From Zestosphaera tikiterensis (GTDB lineage Archaea; Thermoproteota; Thermoprotei_A; Sulfolobales; NBVN01): a stretch of 32,000 nt of DNA. The translations under genes were made by a program, and so were the position numbers. The DNA lies in assembly GCA_003056265.1 (NCBI GenBank), contig NBVN01000002.1:150001-182000 (forward strand), given 5' to 3'. A model generated the notes under the pieces. It saw only the letters and a program-made list of their open reading frames with translations. It did not search any database and was not told where the DNA came from. This document shows, one piece after another, positions 18,716 through 28,351 of the stretch (positions within the stretch are counted from its first letter, which is position 1; every line of letters starts with the position of its first letter).

Positions 18716-19036
18716 ATGATTAACAAGGACTTCGAGCTTAAGCAGTTAACCATACTTCAAGTCCTCAGTAGGTATAACGCAACAGTTAACTTGCTAGATC
18801 TTCATAAAGTAATTTACGTACTTCAAAATAAAGGTTTAGTTAAACTTAAGTACGACTTCATCAACTACTCGTTCGGGCCGTACTCCAAAGAACTTGAAGA
18901 AGATCTCAATACCTTAGCTAGGTTAGGCTTAATCGCGGTGGAGAGGGACGGCAGAAGCATGTCGGTAAGCTTAACTAAGAAAGGTAAGGAAGTAGTTATA
19001 AGCTTAAACGACTTAAGTAATTCCATCAGACATTAA
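18716..19036 (+). CDS. Small YwgA / Panacea(DUF4065)-like winged-helix protein (tentative)
   Basis: 106 aa. The pattern LHKVIYVLQ...Y.F..Y.FGPYSKELEEDL..L..LGLI matches the LQKL.YL ... YGPYS..L..DL pattern of that family. Confidence 0.35.
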   Translation: MINKDFELKQLTILQVLSRYNATVNLLDLHKVIYVLQNKGLVKLKYDFINYSFGPYSKELEEDLNTLARLGLIAVERDGRSMSVSLTKKGKEVVISLNDLSNSIRH

Positions 19037-19050
19037 CGCAATACTTAAGC

Positions 19051-19818
19051 ATGAACATATATTTATCTATCAATCTACTTTATCTTGGGGGTTTAATGGG
19101 TAAAGCCTTTAAAACGTTTAGAGGTAGCGGTAAGAGCTTAATCCTAGCTATTAATGACCCTACGTTCAACCTTCAGCAACTTACGGACTTACTTAGTAAA
19201 GCGCCGGAGGAGTTGGGAGGTGTTAAAGTAGGCCTACCTTACATGTTGAGATACGGGGTTAGGCAGTTAAGAAGTGTTTTTCAAGAATACCCATCATTTT
19301 ACTACCTAGCAGATCTTAAGCTCGCAGACTTAGGTGAGGTTATGGCTTTAAGCGTTAATGAGCTAATTAATTCAGGCTTTGACGGCGTAGTAGCTCATGC
19401 CTTCATAGGCGTTAAAGGAGCTTTAGACGTATTAAAGAAGACCCTCGAGGACGTAGGTATGGATTTATTCCTTCAAGTATCGATGCCGCACCCAGGATCT
19501 GAGGAGGTCATAGACACTACATACCTTAGAGTTAAGAACGTCATAAACGGCGTTAACGCTGAGGGAGCTGTAGTCCCAGCTAAGAAGAGCTACTTAATCA
19601 AAGACTTAAAGAACACCTTCCCCTCAATTGTAATACTGGCTTCAGGAATATTGAGGCTAGGCGCTCAACCCGGTGAAGGCCTCTGTTATGGAGCCGACTC
19701 TGAAGTCGTCGGCAGGGCAATAACCTTAGCTACTAACCCCTCAGCTATGGCTAAAGACGTAATTAACATGCAACGTGATTACCTAGTGAAGAACAGAAAT
19801 ATTTGCGTTAAAGGTTGA
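19051..19818 (+). CDS. pyrF: Orotidine 5'-phosphate decarboxylase
   Basis: DLKLADLG (the DxKxxD motif) and C-terminal GADSEVVGRAIT. The likely true start is ATG 19096 (MGKAF..), preceded by GGGGG. Confidence 0.85.
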   Translation: MNIYLSINLLYLGGLMGKAFKTFRGSGKSLILAINDPTFNLQQLTDLLSKAPEELGGVKVGLPYMLRYGVRQLRSVFQEYPSFYYLADLKLADLGEVMALSVNELINSGFDGVVAHAFIGVKGALDVLKKTLEDVGMDLFLQVSMPHPGSEEVIDTTYLRVKNVINGVNAEGAVVPAKKSYLIKDLKNTFPSIVILASGILRLGAQPGEGLCYGADSEVVGRAITLATNPSAMAKDVINMQRDYLVKNRNICVKG

Positions 19819-19981
19819 AAGAACGATATGCCAAAACAAAGTAGAGCTGTGTTTAATGTCAACATAGCGGAAGCTATAGCAAGTTATTAAGCTTCTCATA
19901 TGAAATGAAGCTTTATTGAAGCTTTTAGCTCCGCGTAATCGAACGTGTTTTCCTTAAATTGATTTAGCGAATATGTCTTAG

Positions 19982-20797
19982 GTGGTAAGTGTGTTACCGC
20001 CGTATCTAACGCTGAATTTTAAAAAAGCGGAGGATGTTATAACTGCGTTCATCCGTAGTAAAGTTAATGAAGCTGGAGCTTCAGGTGTTGTAGTCGGTGT
20101 TTCAGGCGGTGGTGATTCAGCCGTCGCTACCGCCTTAGCTGTTAAGGCTTTAGGTAGGTCTTCAGTTTTAGCTGTTCATATGCCTGAAATAGAAAGCGAT
20201 AGATACGCTACGGTATTAGCGAGTAAAGTAGCGGATTACTTAGGTCTTGAATTGAAGATAATCGACATAACCAAGCCTGTCTCCACAGTTCTTGAGTCGT
20301 TAGGTTTAAGCTACTCATCGTCTAAGAAAATCGTTAGAGGAAACGTTAAAGCTAGGGTTAGGGCGGTACTCTTATACGCCATAGCAAACAATGAAAACCT
20401 ACTCGTGTTAGGAACTAGTGATAGGTCTGAATGGCTTATAGGTTTCTTCACTAAATGGGGTGACGGCGCTGCCGACCTATACCCTATAGTAGGACTTTAT
20501 AAAAGCCAAGTCAGGGAGTTCGCGAAGTATTTAAACCTACCAGCTGAGGTAATATCTAAACCACCCGCTCCAGACCTATGGCCAGGACATACAGCAGAAG
20601 GAGAGTTAGGCCTTACATACGACGTTATCGATGAAGTCCTCTACCGTTACTTCGATGAAGGAATTCCAGCGGAGCAAATACCTAAAGTAACTGGTATATC
20701 TAAAGAAGCCGTTAATAAAGTGCTAGAGCTATATAGAAAATCACAACATAAAAGAACACCGTTACAAGCACCGTTTACATCCTTTAAAGAACTTTAA
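19982..20797 (+). CDS. nadE: NH3-dependent NAD+ synthetase
   Basis: PP-loop GVSGGGDSAV plus FTKWGDGAADL. SD TAGGTGG at 19979-19985 favours the in-frame GTG at 19991 as the start. Confidence 0.88.
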   Translation: MVSVLPPYLTLNFKKAEDVITAFIRSKVNEAGASGVVVGVSGGGDSAVATALAVKALGRSSVLAVHMPEIESDRYATVLASKVADYLGLELKIIDITKPVSTVLESLGLSYSSSKKIVRGNVKARVRAVLLYAIANNENLLVLGTSDRSEWLIGFFTKWGDGAADLYPIVGLYKSQVREFAKYLNLPAEVISKPPAPDLWPGHTAEGELGLTYDVIDEVLYRYFDEGIPAEQIPKVTGISKEAVNKVLELYRKSQHKRTPLQAPFTSFKEL

Positions 20798-20928
20798 ATA
20801 CTTCTAAGTGTTATACCCTATGTTACGTATCTTCCTTAAGGGTTTAAGCGTACTTCAATTAGCTTAAGCCTGCAGCAGGTCGTTAAGCTTTGATAAAACC
20901 TAGAGGGTTTAACTGAGTTTTAAGATTC

Positions 20929-22290
20929 TTAGCGTTTGATTAGTTTATATCTTTCGTAAATCATTATTATGTCTTTTTCATTCTTTATGAAGAATTCCAC
21001 AGGCACTTTACCCGCCAACGTGAGGATGTGGAAGAGGGCGTAGTTTTCCTCTATTTTATGGGGTATTAAAGGCGTTAAAGTTTCGCCTTCCTTATCTTTC
21101 TCAACCAAGAATAGCGTATCACCGGACCTTCTTATGCGTAACTCTACGGTTTTCATATACCCTTCGTACGTACCCTCCAATTTCTTATATAAACGATCTA
21201 AAACAACGTAAGGCAGTTTCTCCGGGTCTTCTCCAAGTAGGTATGTAAGTATGTAAGCACCTACTAGAGATAGAGGTTTGCTTGAGGCATTGGCAAGTAA
21301 AACCACGCCTAACTTTCTGCTTGGGATGTAACCCATGTAGGCTGTGTAGACATATACAGATCCGCTATGCCCTATAAGCTTATAACCTAAGAAGTTCTCC
21401 TTCACGGTTAACCCATACCCGTAAGCATCGGATGTAAATGACTCGTAAGGTAATTTAACGTGAGGTTGCTCCATAATTTCCAACGACTCTCTACTTAAGA
21501 TCACTTCGTTGTTTAACGAGCCTCTATTGATTAGCGTTAACACATACTTACTTAAGTCGGATGCGTTGCTGAAAAGACCTCCGTCTGCGGTGATTCCGAA
21601 AATAGGTTTGGTTAGTTTTAACCCATCCTTCGTTATTATGTAGGGAGTTGCTTTATTACCATCATTTAAGTAGTCAGCGATGCTGAAGTAGCTTCTGCTC
21701 ATACCTAACTTACTTAATATGTTTTTACGTACGTACTCTTCATAGCTTATCTTAGAAACCTTCTCTATTACCTTTCCTAAGATCACATAACCTTCGTTTA
21801 GATAAAACCACCTAAGACCCGGTTTATACATTACCCAACGCTCGTAATCTTTCATAAAGGTAAGCACGTCGTCTGGGGACGTTATAGGTAGCCAAACATC
21901 TCTAATTCCGTAGTAACTATCGATTAAAGCTTCGGCGTAACCTAACGCAGGTATCCCTGAGGTATGAGTTAAAAGGTTATGAATAGTGATCTCCTCGTCG
22001 AAAGCTTTAAGGTTTAAATCTACGTATTTACCTACGGGGTCCTGAAGATCCAGTAAGCCTTTCTCATATAACTGCATTACAGCTATGGCTGTGAAGGATT
22101 TAGTGACAGAACCTAAACAATATGAAGTTTCGGGAGTAGCTGGTAAGGAAGACTCCACATCTCTAAATCCAAAACTTCTTAAATACTTAATGACGCCGTC
22201 CTCAACTATACCTAACGAAATACTTGGGAATCTACCTTCAGCTACTACCTTTAGGATATAACGTTCTATTAGATCAAAATCTACATCCAA
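20929..22290 (-). CDS. Family S12 beta-lactamase / DD-peptidase-like serine hydrolase with a C-terminal extra domain (Pab87-like architecture)
   Basis: SVTK (SxxK), YLN (YxN) and HSG (HxG) motifs occur in the correct order. An additional C-terminal domain of about 90 aa follows. Confidence 0.75.
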   Translation of the reverse strand: MDVDFDLIERYILKVVAEGRFPSISLGIVEDGVIKYLRSFGFRDVESSLPATPETSYCLGSVTKSFTAIAVMQLYEKGLLDLQDPVGKYVDLNLKAFDEEITIHNLLTHTSGIPALGYAEALIDSYYGIRDVWLPITSPDDVLTFMKDYERWVMYKPGLRWFYLNEGYVILGKVIEKVSKISYEEYVRKNILSKLGMSRSYFSIADYLNDGNKATPYIITKDGLKLTKPIFGITADGGLFSNASDLSKYVLTLINRGSLNNEVILSRESLEIMEQPHVKLPYESFTSDAYGYGLTVKENFLGYKLIGHSGSVYVYTAYMGYIPSRKLGVVLLANASSKPLSLVGAYILTYLLGEDPEKLPYVVLDRLYKKLEGTYEGYMKTVELRIRRSGDTLFLVEKDKEGETLTPLIPHKIEENYALFHILTLAGKVPVEFFIKNEKDIIMIYERYKLIKR

Positions 22291-22428
22291 TTTAACCTAC
22301 CAAAAACATAAGGCTTCGCTAAAATTAAAAACTATCAATCAAGCCCGAGTTAAGCTCGTAAACCCCAAGTTAAAAACCTCCGCATTAACTTCTATTAACT
22401 CCCTTAAGAATATAGTTTTGGTTCGGTA

Positions 22429-23598
22429 TTGATAATGTTTGACGTCGTTAAGTATGTGGCTGTGATAAGGCCCGATTCGGTTAGGGTTTGGAAGGACAGA
22501 CATATTTTGGAGAAGCTCTCATGGTATGTTAAGGTCATGCGTGGTGTAGCTCCACCTAAATACGTGTTAGTTAAGAACTTACCTGCTGAGTTGAGGTTAA
22601 GTGAGTTAACTCAAATGAGTTTCGAAGATTTAATGAACTACCATACGAAGTTGCAAAACAGTTTTAAGAGCTTCTGGCTTGAAGTCATGAATTCATCGAA
22701 TCCTTGGAAAGGTGTTAAGTTGGAAGGACTTAATGAAACAACGTTTTTAGACGTTAAGATCGAATTACTTAATAAAGTCTTGAACCGTTGTGAGTTATGC
22801 GAGTGGAGGTGCGGCGTTAACAGAAATAAAGGTGAGGTTGGTTTCTGCCGAGTTGTGGGTTCCGATGCTTACGTAGATAATTACTTTCATCACGTAGGTG
22901 AGGAAGCACCTTTAGTTCCTTCAGGAACTATATTCTACGTGGGATGTAACTTCAGATGCGTATATTGTCAAAACTGGTCAATAAGTCAAAGAAGTCCTAA
23001 TCCCGTAGAACACGTTGATGAGGTAAGCCTCGCTAACATTCAAGAATGGTTAAGCACGACAGGCTCTAAAAACATAAACCACGTTGGTGGTGAACCCACG
23101 CCAAACATGTTAACGATAATTAAATCCTTAAAACACCTAAAGATTAAAACTCCTCAACTATGGAATAGCAACATGTACATGAGCATGACAGCCATGAAGG
23201 TTTTAGAGGACGTTATAGATATATGGCTTCCAGACCTTAAATATGGCAATAACGAATGCGGTCTTAAATACTCCCTCGTTAAAAACTATTTCGATATAGT
23301 GACGAGAAACATAAAGGAAGCGCATGAAAACGGGGATATGATAATAAGGCATTTAATCCTACCCGGTCATGTAGAGTGCTGCACTAGGAAGGTTCTTGAA
23401 TGGACTTCAAACAACGTTAAAAGAGCTATAGTCAACATAATGGATCAATATAGACCTGAGTACCTAGTGCTTAAATACCCCGATAGGTGGAGGGAGATAA
23501 ACCGTAGAATATCTCTGGAAGAACTTAATAAAGCATATAACATAGCTAGGGAATATGGCTACGAAGGCCCCGTCGAGGACTTATGGTATATTAGATAA
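22429..23598 (+). CDS. Radical SAM protein, PflX-like (activase-like)
   Basis: A CNFRCVYCQN (CxxxCxxC) cluster, preceded by a Cys-rich CELCEWRC..C segment. The start may be ATG 22435. Confidence 0.75.
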   Translation: MIMFDVVKYVAVIRPDSVRVWKDRHILEKLSWYVKVMRGVAPPKYVLVKNLPAELRLSELTQMSFEDLMNYHTKLQNSFKSFWLEVMNSSNPWKGVKLEGLNETTFLDVKIELLNKVLNRCELCEWRCGVNRNKGEVGFCRVVGSDAYVDNYFHHVGEEAPLVPSGTIFYVGCNFRCVYCQNWSISQRSPNPVEHVDEVSLANIQEWLSTTGSKNINHVGGEPTPNMLTIIKSLKHLKIKTPQLWNSNMYMSMTAMKVLEDVIDIWLPDLKYGNNECGLKYSLVKNYFDIVTRNIKEAHENGDMIIRHLILPGHVECCTRKVLEWTSNNVKRAIVNIMDQYRPEYLVLKYPDRWREINRRISLEELNKAYNIAREYGYEGPVEDLWYIR

Positions 23599-23737
23599 CG
23601 TCGTTTAAGATTGTTAAACAACTCAACCTATACCACTTTAAGGCATGAGAGCTTAACACATAAAACGATAACCACCGCTTCTCAAACCCTTAACTTACTC
23701 TTAAAAACCAAGTACTTTGTTGAAGTTAAAGCTACGA

Positions 23738-24523
23738 TTACATAACTTCCCTACTTTCTTTAGTTTCCCGCCTAGCTACTTTAGTCATTTGAGCTATGGT
23801 TGCGTTTATCCTATGCTCTACAACCGTAGCTAAAGATGTTAGAGGCTCCGGATCTACGTTCATACTCAGATACTTATTCAGTAATGAAATCACTGCTTTA
23901 ACAGCTCTGTAATCAGTTTCGTCGAATTCAACAATAGCGGACCAGGTCTCTCCTAAAGCTACAGCCCCTTTTATTCCGTAGTAACCAGCCCAACCTACGA
24001 TAACGCCGTTTACCCCCGTTATCACTCCTTCATTAAGTACCTCCCCACCAAAGCTCTTTAACTCCTCTATGAAGTCTGCTTGATTTCCAGTTATGAAGAC
24101 CTTCCTCTCCTCATTAAATTCTGGAACTACGTAAGCTGCCGTAGCTATTACTGAGTTGAGAGTACCTTTAGAGGTTAAGTAGTTAAGCAGAGCATCACAT
24201 AATTCGTTCTGTCCTTCAGGGCTTTGAGGTTGGGCATCCCCTGTGAAGATGAGGAACTTCCCCGCATCATATATCCTACCCACGAAAAGCGTTGAAAGAC
24301 CTCCCTTACCAACCAATAGTTGAGGTGGGAATGCCGTCGAATAAACCTCAGCTACTAGCTCTCCTCCAACGCGCGATAGGAGGTAGTTCACCGAAACGTA
24401 GCCTACCCTACCCATGCCAGGCAAACCAACGATCAACGGCTTATTATCTACGTTGAACTCTTTTATCGTTTTTATCTTAGTCACCACGCTTACCCGCCTC
24501 AACCTATCTACGTTTTTAAACAA
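23738..24523 (-). CDS. PAC2-family proteasome assembly chaperone (PbaA/B-like)
   Basis: PLIVGLPGMGRVGYVSVNYL N-terminal signature. 261 aa. Confidence 0.75.
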   Translation of the reverse strand: MFKNVDRLRRVSVVTKIKTIKEFNVDNKPLIVGLPGMGRVGYVSVNYLLSRVGGELVAEVYSTAFPPQLLVGKGGLSTLFVGRIYDAGKFLIFTGDAQPQSPEGQNELCDALLNYLTSKGTLNSVIATAAYVVPEFNEERKVFITGNQADFIEELKSFGGEVLNEGVITGVNGVIVGWAGYYGIKGAVALGETWSAIVEFDETDYRAVKAVISLLNKYLSMNVDPEPLTSLATVVEHRINATIAQMTKVARRETKESREVM

Positions 24524-24614
24524 TTATAAAGTTATGCTCTTACTCTTATTTTAATCAACTTACCATTTACCATTAGCTTTAAGACCGCATCCTTTAACGC
24601 GGGAAGGAAGTCAG

Positions 24615-25403
24615 TTAACTAGACATTGCGTATACGTTTAAGCTAACCTCCTCTTCAGGATCTAAGCTATAGAATTTCTTAAGCGCTGGAACACCTAACA
24701 ACCGTTCATTCGTACTCCATGAGACGAAAGAAGGCGTGTATTCACCACTGTCTAGATTAACACCTATTGAGAACATCCAATCTCTACCAAGGACTGAAAC
24801 AACGTACTTACCGCTTTTATACTTAACCTTTAAACCCTCTAAAAACTCCTCCAAACTAATTATATCGCCTAACTTTGTCGACGTCCTGAAAACTACGGGA
24901 TATTTAAGTACGGCTTCAGATAAAGTTACTTCAGCAAAGCCGTCTAATATCGAAGCATATACGTCACTAACTACAAACGACGGAGACTGCACCTTAATCA
25001 CGTCGTTGACTGCACTACGGCTTAATCTTGACTTAATGACATCGTAACCCCTTCTTAAGGAGTTGAAGACCGCATCACATAAGTTGCTTAACCTCTCATC
25101 AACGCATTCCCAGAAAACACCATCACTCTCTATGTGGAGCTTACCGAAGATAATGTTTTCAAAAACGCCTTCGCCACTAGCCGAGAACACTACGACGTCT
25201 TTACCGCCGCCTCTAACGAACCAATACTTAACAGAGTAGTTTTTAGTGGTTTTTCTTAATAAGCCTTCACTAACGCTAAAAAGTAGCTCACCTAATATGT
25301 TGGTTTTAACGCCGCCTGCTGAAATAATCTTAAGCAAGCTATCTGAAGATTTAAACACGTCAACGTCACTACTGACTTTCTTAAGCTTCACTGCCCGCCA
25401 CAC
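24615..25403 (-). CDS. Hypothetical protein with no recognisable motif
   Basis: 262-aa ORF with normal composition. The antisense ORF 24736..25047 is a shadow. Confidence 0.5.
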   Translation of the reverse strand: MWRAVKLKKVSSDVDVFKSSDSLLKIISAGGVKTNILGELLFSVSEGLLRKTTKNYSVKYWFVRGGGKDVVVFSASGEGVFENIIFGKLHIESDGVFWECVDERLSNLCDAVFNSLRRGYDVIKSRLSRSAVNDVIKVQSPSFVVSDVYASILDGFAEVTLSEAVLKYPVVFRTSTKLGDIISLEEFLEGLKVKYKSGKYVVSVLGRDWMFSIGVNLDSGEYTPSFVSWSTNERLLGVPALKKFYSLDPEEEVSLNVYAMSS

Positions 25404-25592
25404 CTAAGAATGTCTTAAGTTACAAACCTTTTAAATAACGCTGTTAAAGACTTACTACTTAAAACCAGGAGTTAAGTAGCTTAAGTTACGTGAAAATTTT
25501 AAATATCCTCAACAGTTGATGTAGTTTTAAACTGCGATGTTTTTCAGTTAAAGTTTAAACTTACGTCTTGAAATTAATTTAGGTGTTGAGTA

Positions 25593-26600
25593 GTGGTTAA
25601 GGTTCTAGCCTCAGCACCTGGTAAGGTTACTTTGTTTGGAGAGCACGCTGTCGTTTATGGTTACCCAGCCATAGTTACAGCTATAAATAAAAGGGTTTAC
25701 GTAGAAGCCGAACTTAGAAACGATAATGAGATTAAGATTAACGCTCAGGATTTAAGGGTTCCAGGTCTTATAGTTTCCATCGGCGAGGGCGAGGTCGTAG
25801 TAACTACAGACTACGGGAGATCATTAGCCGCTATGAGCTACTTAAGTAAAGCGATTGAGGTAACTTCTAAGTTCTTAAATGAGAGGAAAGGTGTGAACCT
25901 AGTAGTAACTTCTGAAATGCCTGTGGGAGCTGGTTTAGGGACTTCAGCTGCGGTTTCAGTTGCTACGATAGCTGCGTACGCAACGTGTTTAGGTCATGAG
26001 TTAAGTAGTGAGGTTATAGCTCAGTTAGGTTGGCAAGTTGAGAAGGAAGTTCAAGGCATAGCTTCACCTATGGATACGACCATATCCGCTTTAGGCGGGA
26101 CTTTAAAGCTGTGGTATGAAGGAACTACAGTACATAAGACACCACTAGCGTTAAGTAGTGAACTACCTTTAGTAATTAGTTACGTGGAAAGAGAGAAAAC
26201 AACTAAAGAGATGGTGGCTAAGGTTAAGGAGTTGAGGAATAGACATAGCGAGCTAGTTGATGAAATAATGAAGAGCATAGGCTTCGTAACTAATAAAGCC
26301 GAGCAGGCATTACTTAAAAACGACTTAAGTGAGGTTGGCTTATTGATGAACGTAAATCACGGGTTACTTGACGCTTTAGGTGTTTCTACGCGGAGGCTTA
26401 ACGAGCTGGTTTACCTAGCTAGGTCTTCAGGTGCTTTAGGATCTAAATTAACTGGAGCTGGTGGCGGAGGTGCGACTATATCATTAGTTCAAAACAGTAA
26501 AGCGGAACTCGTATTAAACGTCTTAAGTATGTTTAGCCTCATGAGCTTTAAAGCCGTGATAAACACAGAAGGCGTTAAGGTTAAGGTCTTAGCTAAATAG
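25593..26600 (+). CDS. mvk: Mevalonate kinase
   Basis: Motifs APGKVTLFGEHAVVYG, PVGAGLGTSAA and KLTGAGGGG (GHMP kinase motifs). SD AGGTG lies 7 nt upstream of the GTG. Confidence 0.9.
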   Translation: MVKVLASAPGKVTLFGEHAVVYGYPAIVTAINKRVYVEAELRNDNEIKINAQDLRVPGLIVSIGEGEVVVTTDYGRSLAAMSYLSKAIEVTSKFLNERKGVNLVVTSEMPVGAGLGTSAAVSVATIAAYATCLGHELSSEVIAQLGWQVEKEVQGIASPMDTTISALGGTLKLWYEGTTVHKTPLALSSELPLVISYVEREKTTKEMVAKVKELRNRHSELVDEIMKSIGFVTNKAEQALLKNDLSEVGLLMNVNHGLLDALGVSTRRLNELVYLARSSGALGSKLTGAGGGGATISLVQNSKAELVLNVLSMFSLMSFKAVINTEGVKVKVLAK

Positions 26601-26694
26601 CCACAACTCAAGCTAAGTCACGCTTAACATCTAAGGGTGGGCTGCAGTTTCTATTGTAAAGGTTTTTAAAGGTTTTTGTAGATTGTTTTATTCT

Positions 26695-26901
26695 GGGGCG
26701 TGAGACCGCTTCCGTGATGGGCGGTGTCTGGAGGAGCGGGTCGGAGCCTAGGGCATGCTCCGTAGATGTGAGCCCTGTGCCGTTAGGCTCGAAGGGTGTC
26801 CATGACCCCCGTGTGGAGTGGTCTGTGGCCACCGTGAAGCACGAGGCAGAGGCACAACCCGCCCTAGCAAGACCTACAATAACCTAGGGCGGGAAACGGT
26901 C
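26695..26901. ncRNA. Candidate structured ncRNA (G+C-rich island), family not identified
   Basis: About 60-67% G+C per 60-nt line. Termini pair (26704-26713 GACCGCTTCC with 26892-26901 GGAAACGGTC, 9 of 10). Perfect 10-bp hairpin 26858-26867/26884-26893. TTTTTAAA at 26663-26670 lies about 25 nt upstream if the RNA is on the + strand. The overlapping ORF 26608..26832 has an implausible composition. Confidence 0.5.
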
Positions 26902-28294
26902 AGTAAAAACTCTTAAATTCTTGATTACCTTCAAACGTCGACTTAACTAGGCTTCTAAAGGTATCTATGTAACTGGCGTATTTATCTCTTACGTAGACTC
27001 TAAGGAACGCTAGTTCTGTAGGCATAAGACCAGCTAACGTCTCTCTAATTAATACGTTCCTTAAACTTCCATCCGGTTCCTGTATATAGACCTCAGACTC
27101 TTCAAACATGGGGTTTGTAGGTAGTTTGGGGGTGTCAACGAATATCGCGTCCTTCACGTTTTTCAAGCTGGGGTGTAAGTTACTGAATTTCTCCTCGAGT
27201 ATGTTCTTTATCGCTTCCTTACTCATTAAGACAAACCTCTTCGTCTTAGGGTCTAAAGGTATTACAGCTTGGTAGACGGCTTTATATGGCACTACCCTAT
27301 TTAAAAGGTATTTAGCTTCGTCTAACTTCCTAACCTCTGGATGCGAGAGTACGTGCTCATCATCTAACGTAAGGTATTTACTGACGTCGTCGAAAGCTTC
27401 ACCGTAGTTGAATATGGGATCAGCTTTAATGAGTAACTCACCAGCTATCTTATCGAAAGCCCTTACTGTCTTATGATAGTATACGGTCTTAAACATGAAG
27501 AGCCTAGCTATTAACAGATGATCTAATACATCCTTAGCTTTATAGTTTAAAACTAATTTATTCCCTATTAAGTGGGAGTGATAAGCTAGCCTCTGCCAGT
27601 CAAGTCCTAAGCCGTAGTTAGCGCCCGTATATAGCGAATCTCTTAAAAGGTAGTCTATAATGTCCGCGCTGTAGGCACCGCGGATTATATAGAAAAGCGT
27701 CTTCTCAGTAACGCCCTCACTTATGCTGGAGGTTAGGGGCCATGATTCAATATTCGGCGTTTCAATTAACTTACCCATTAACTCAGCTGAGACGCCGTAG
27801 CTTTTCTCTATCTCGTCGTCGAAGCACTTAGAGATGTCTGGAACTTCCGTAACGATCTTCCCGCCAAGCACTTCATGATTTATTCCGTAATTTACTAGGA
27901 CATGATCCTCGAATGTGTGTGAGAAGGGGCCGTGTCCTATGTCGTGAAGGAGACCTATAAGTCTAGCGATGGCTACAAGCCTCTTAAGCTCGGAGTGGTT
28001 TAGGTTTAGGCTGGAGTATAGATATTCAGCGAAAACTCCGGCTACGTGAGCTACACCTAAAGAGTGTGTGAACCTCGTATGGACAGCACCTGGGTACACT
28101 AAGTGTGTAGTAGCTAGCTGTTTTAACCTTCTTAACCTTTGAAAAGGTTGTGATGACAACACACATATCTCATGCTTTAAAACCCTTATGTATCCATGTA
28201 CAGGGTCTTTAATCAATATGAATTCCTTATCCATTAACCCCCCTAAAGAAATAACTTTAAAGTCAGTATTAAATGAATGACGGGTGTTAAACAT
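26900..28294 (-). CDS. HD-domain phosphohydrolase of the SAMHD1 / dGTPase-like (COG1078) type
   Basis: Motifs RFTHSLGVAHVA and GLLHDIGHGPFSH. The likely true start is ATG 28234 (MDKEFILIKDPVHGYI). Confidence 0.85.
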   Translation of the reverse strand: MFNTRHSFNTDFKVISLGGLMDKEFILIKDPVHGYIRVLKHEICVLSSQPFQRLRRLKQLATTHLVYPGAVHTRFTHSLGVAHVAGVFAEYLYSSLNLNHSELKRLVAIARLIGLLHDIGHGPFSHTFEDHVLVNYGINHEVLGGKIVTEVPDISKCFDDEIEKSYGVSAELMGKLIETPNIESWPLTSSISEGVTEKTLFYIIRGAYSADIIDYLLRDSLYTGANYGLGLDWQRLAYHSHLIGNKLVLNYKAKDVLDHLLIARLFMFKTVYYHKTVRAFDKIAGELLIKADPIFNYGEAFDDVSKYLTLDDEHVLSHPEVRKLDEAKYLLNRVVPYKAVYQAVIPLDPKTKRFVLMSKEAIKNILEEKFSNLHPSLKNVKDAIFVDTPKLPTNPMFEESEVYIQEPDGSLRNVLIRETLAGLMPTELAFLRVYVRDKYASYIDTFRSLVKSTFEGNQEFKSFY

Positions 28295-28351
28295 TACGTC
28301 ATTATAGCATAGTTAATATCGTTTAAAACTCACGTTTAAATAAATAATGTA

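Noticed and set aside
26608-26832. 74-aa ORF on the minus strand between mvk and the HD gene
   Set aside because: It overlaps the G+C-rich island. Its Gly/Pro/Ser/Thr-rich composition has no hydrophobic core, which looks like translation of structured-RNA sequence. There is no SD motif.
26695-26901. Calling the G+C-rich island RNase P RNA or SRP RNA
   Set aside because: I could not find the RNase P motifs GAGGAAAGUCC or ACAGAA..GGCUUA, or the SRP helix-8 GGAAG..AGCA motif, on either strand. The length (~205 nt) is short for SRP RNA and type-A RNase P RNA. A minimal type-T RNase P cannot be excluded without a covariance-model search, so I left the family unassigned.
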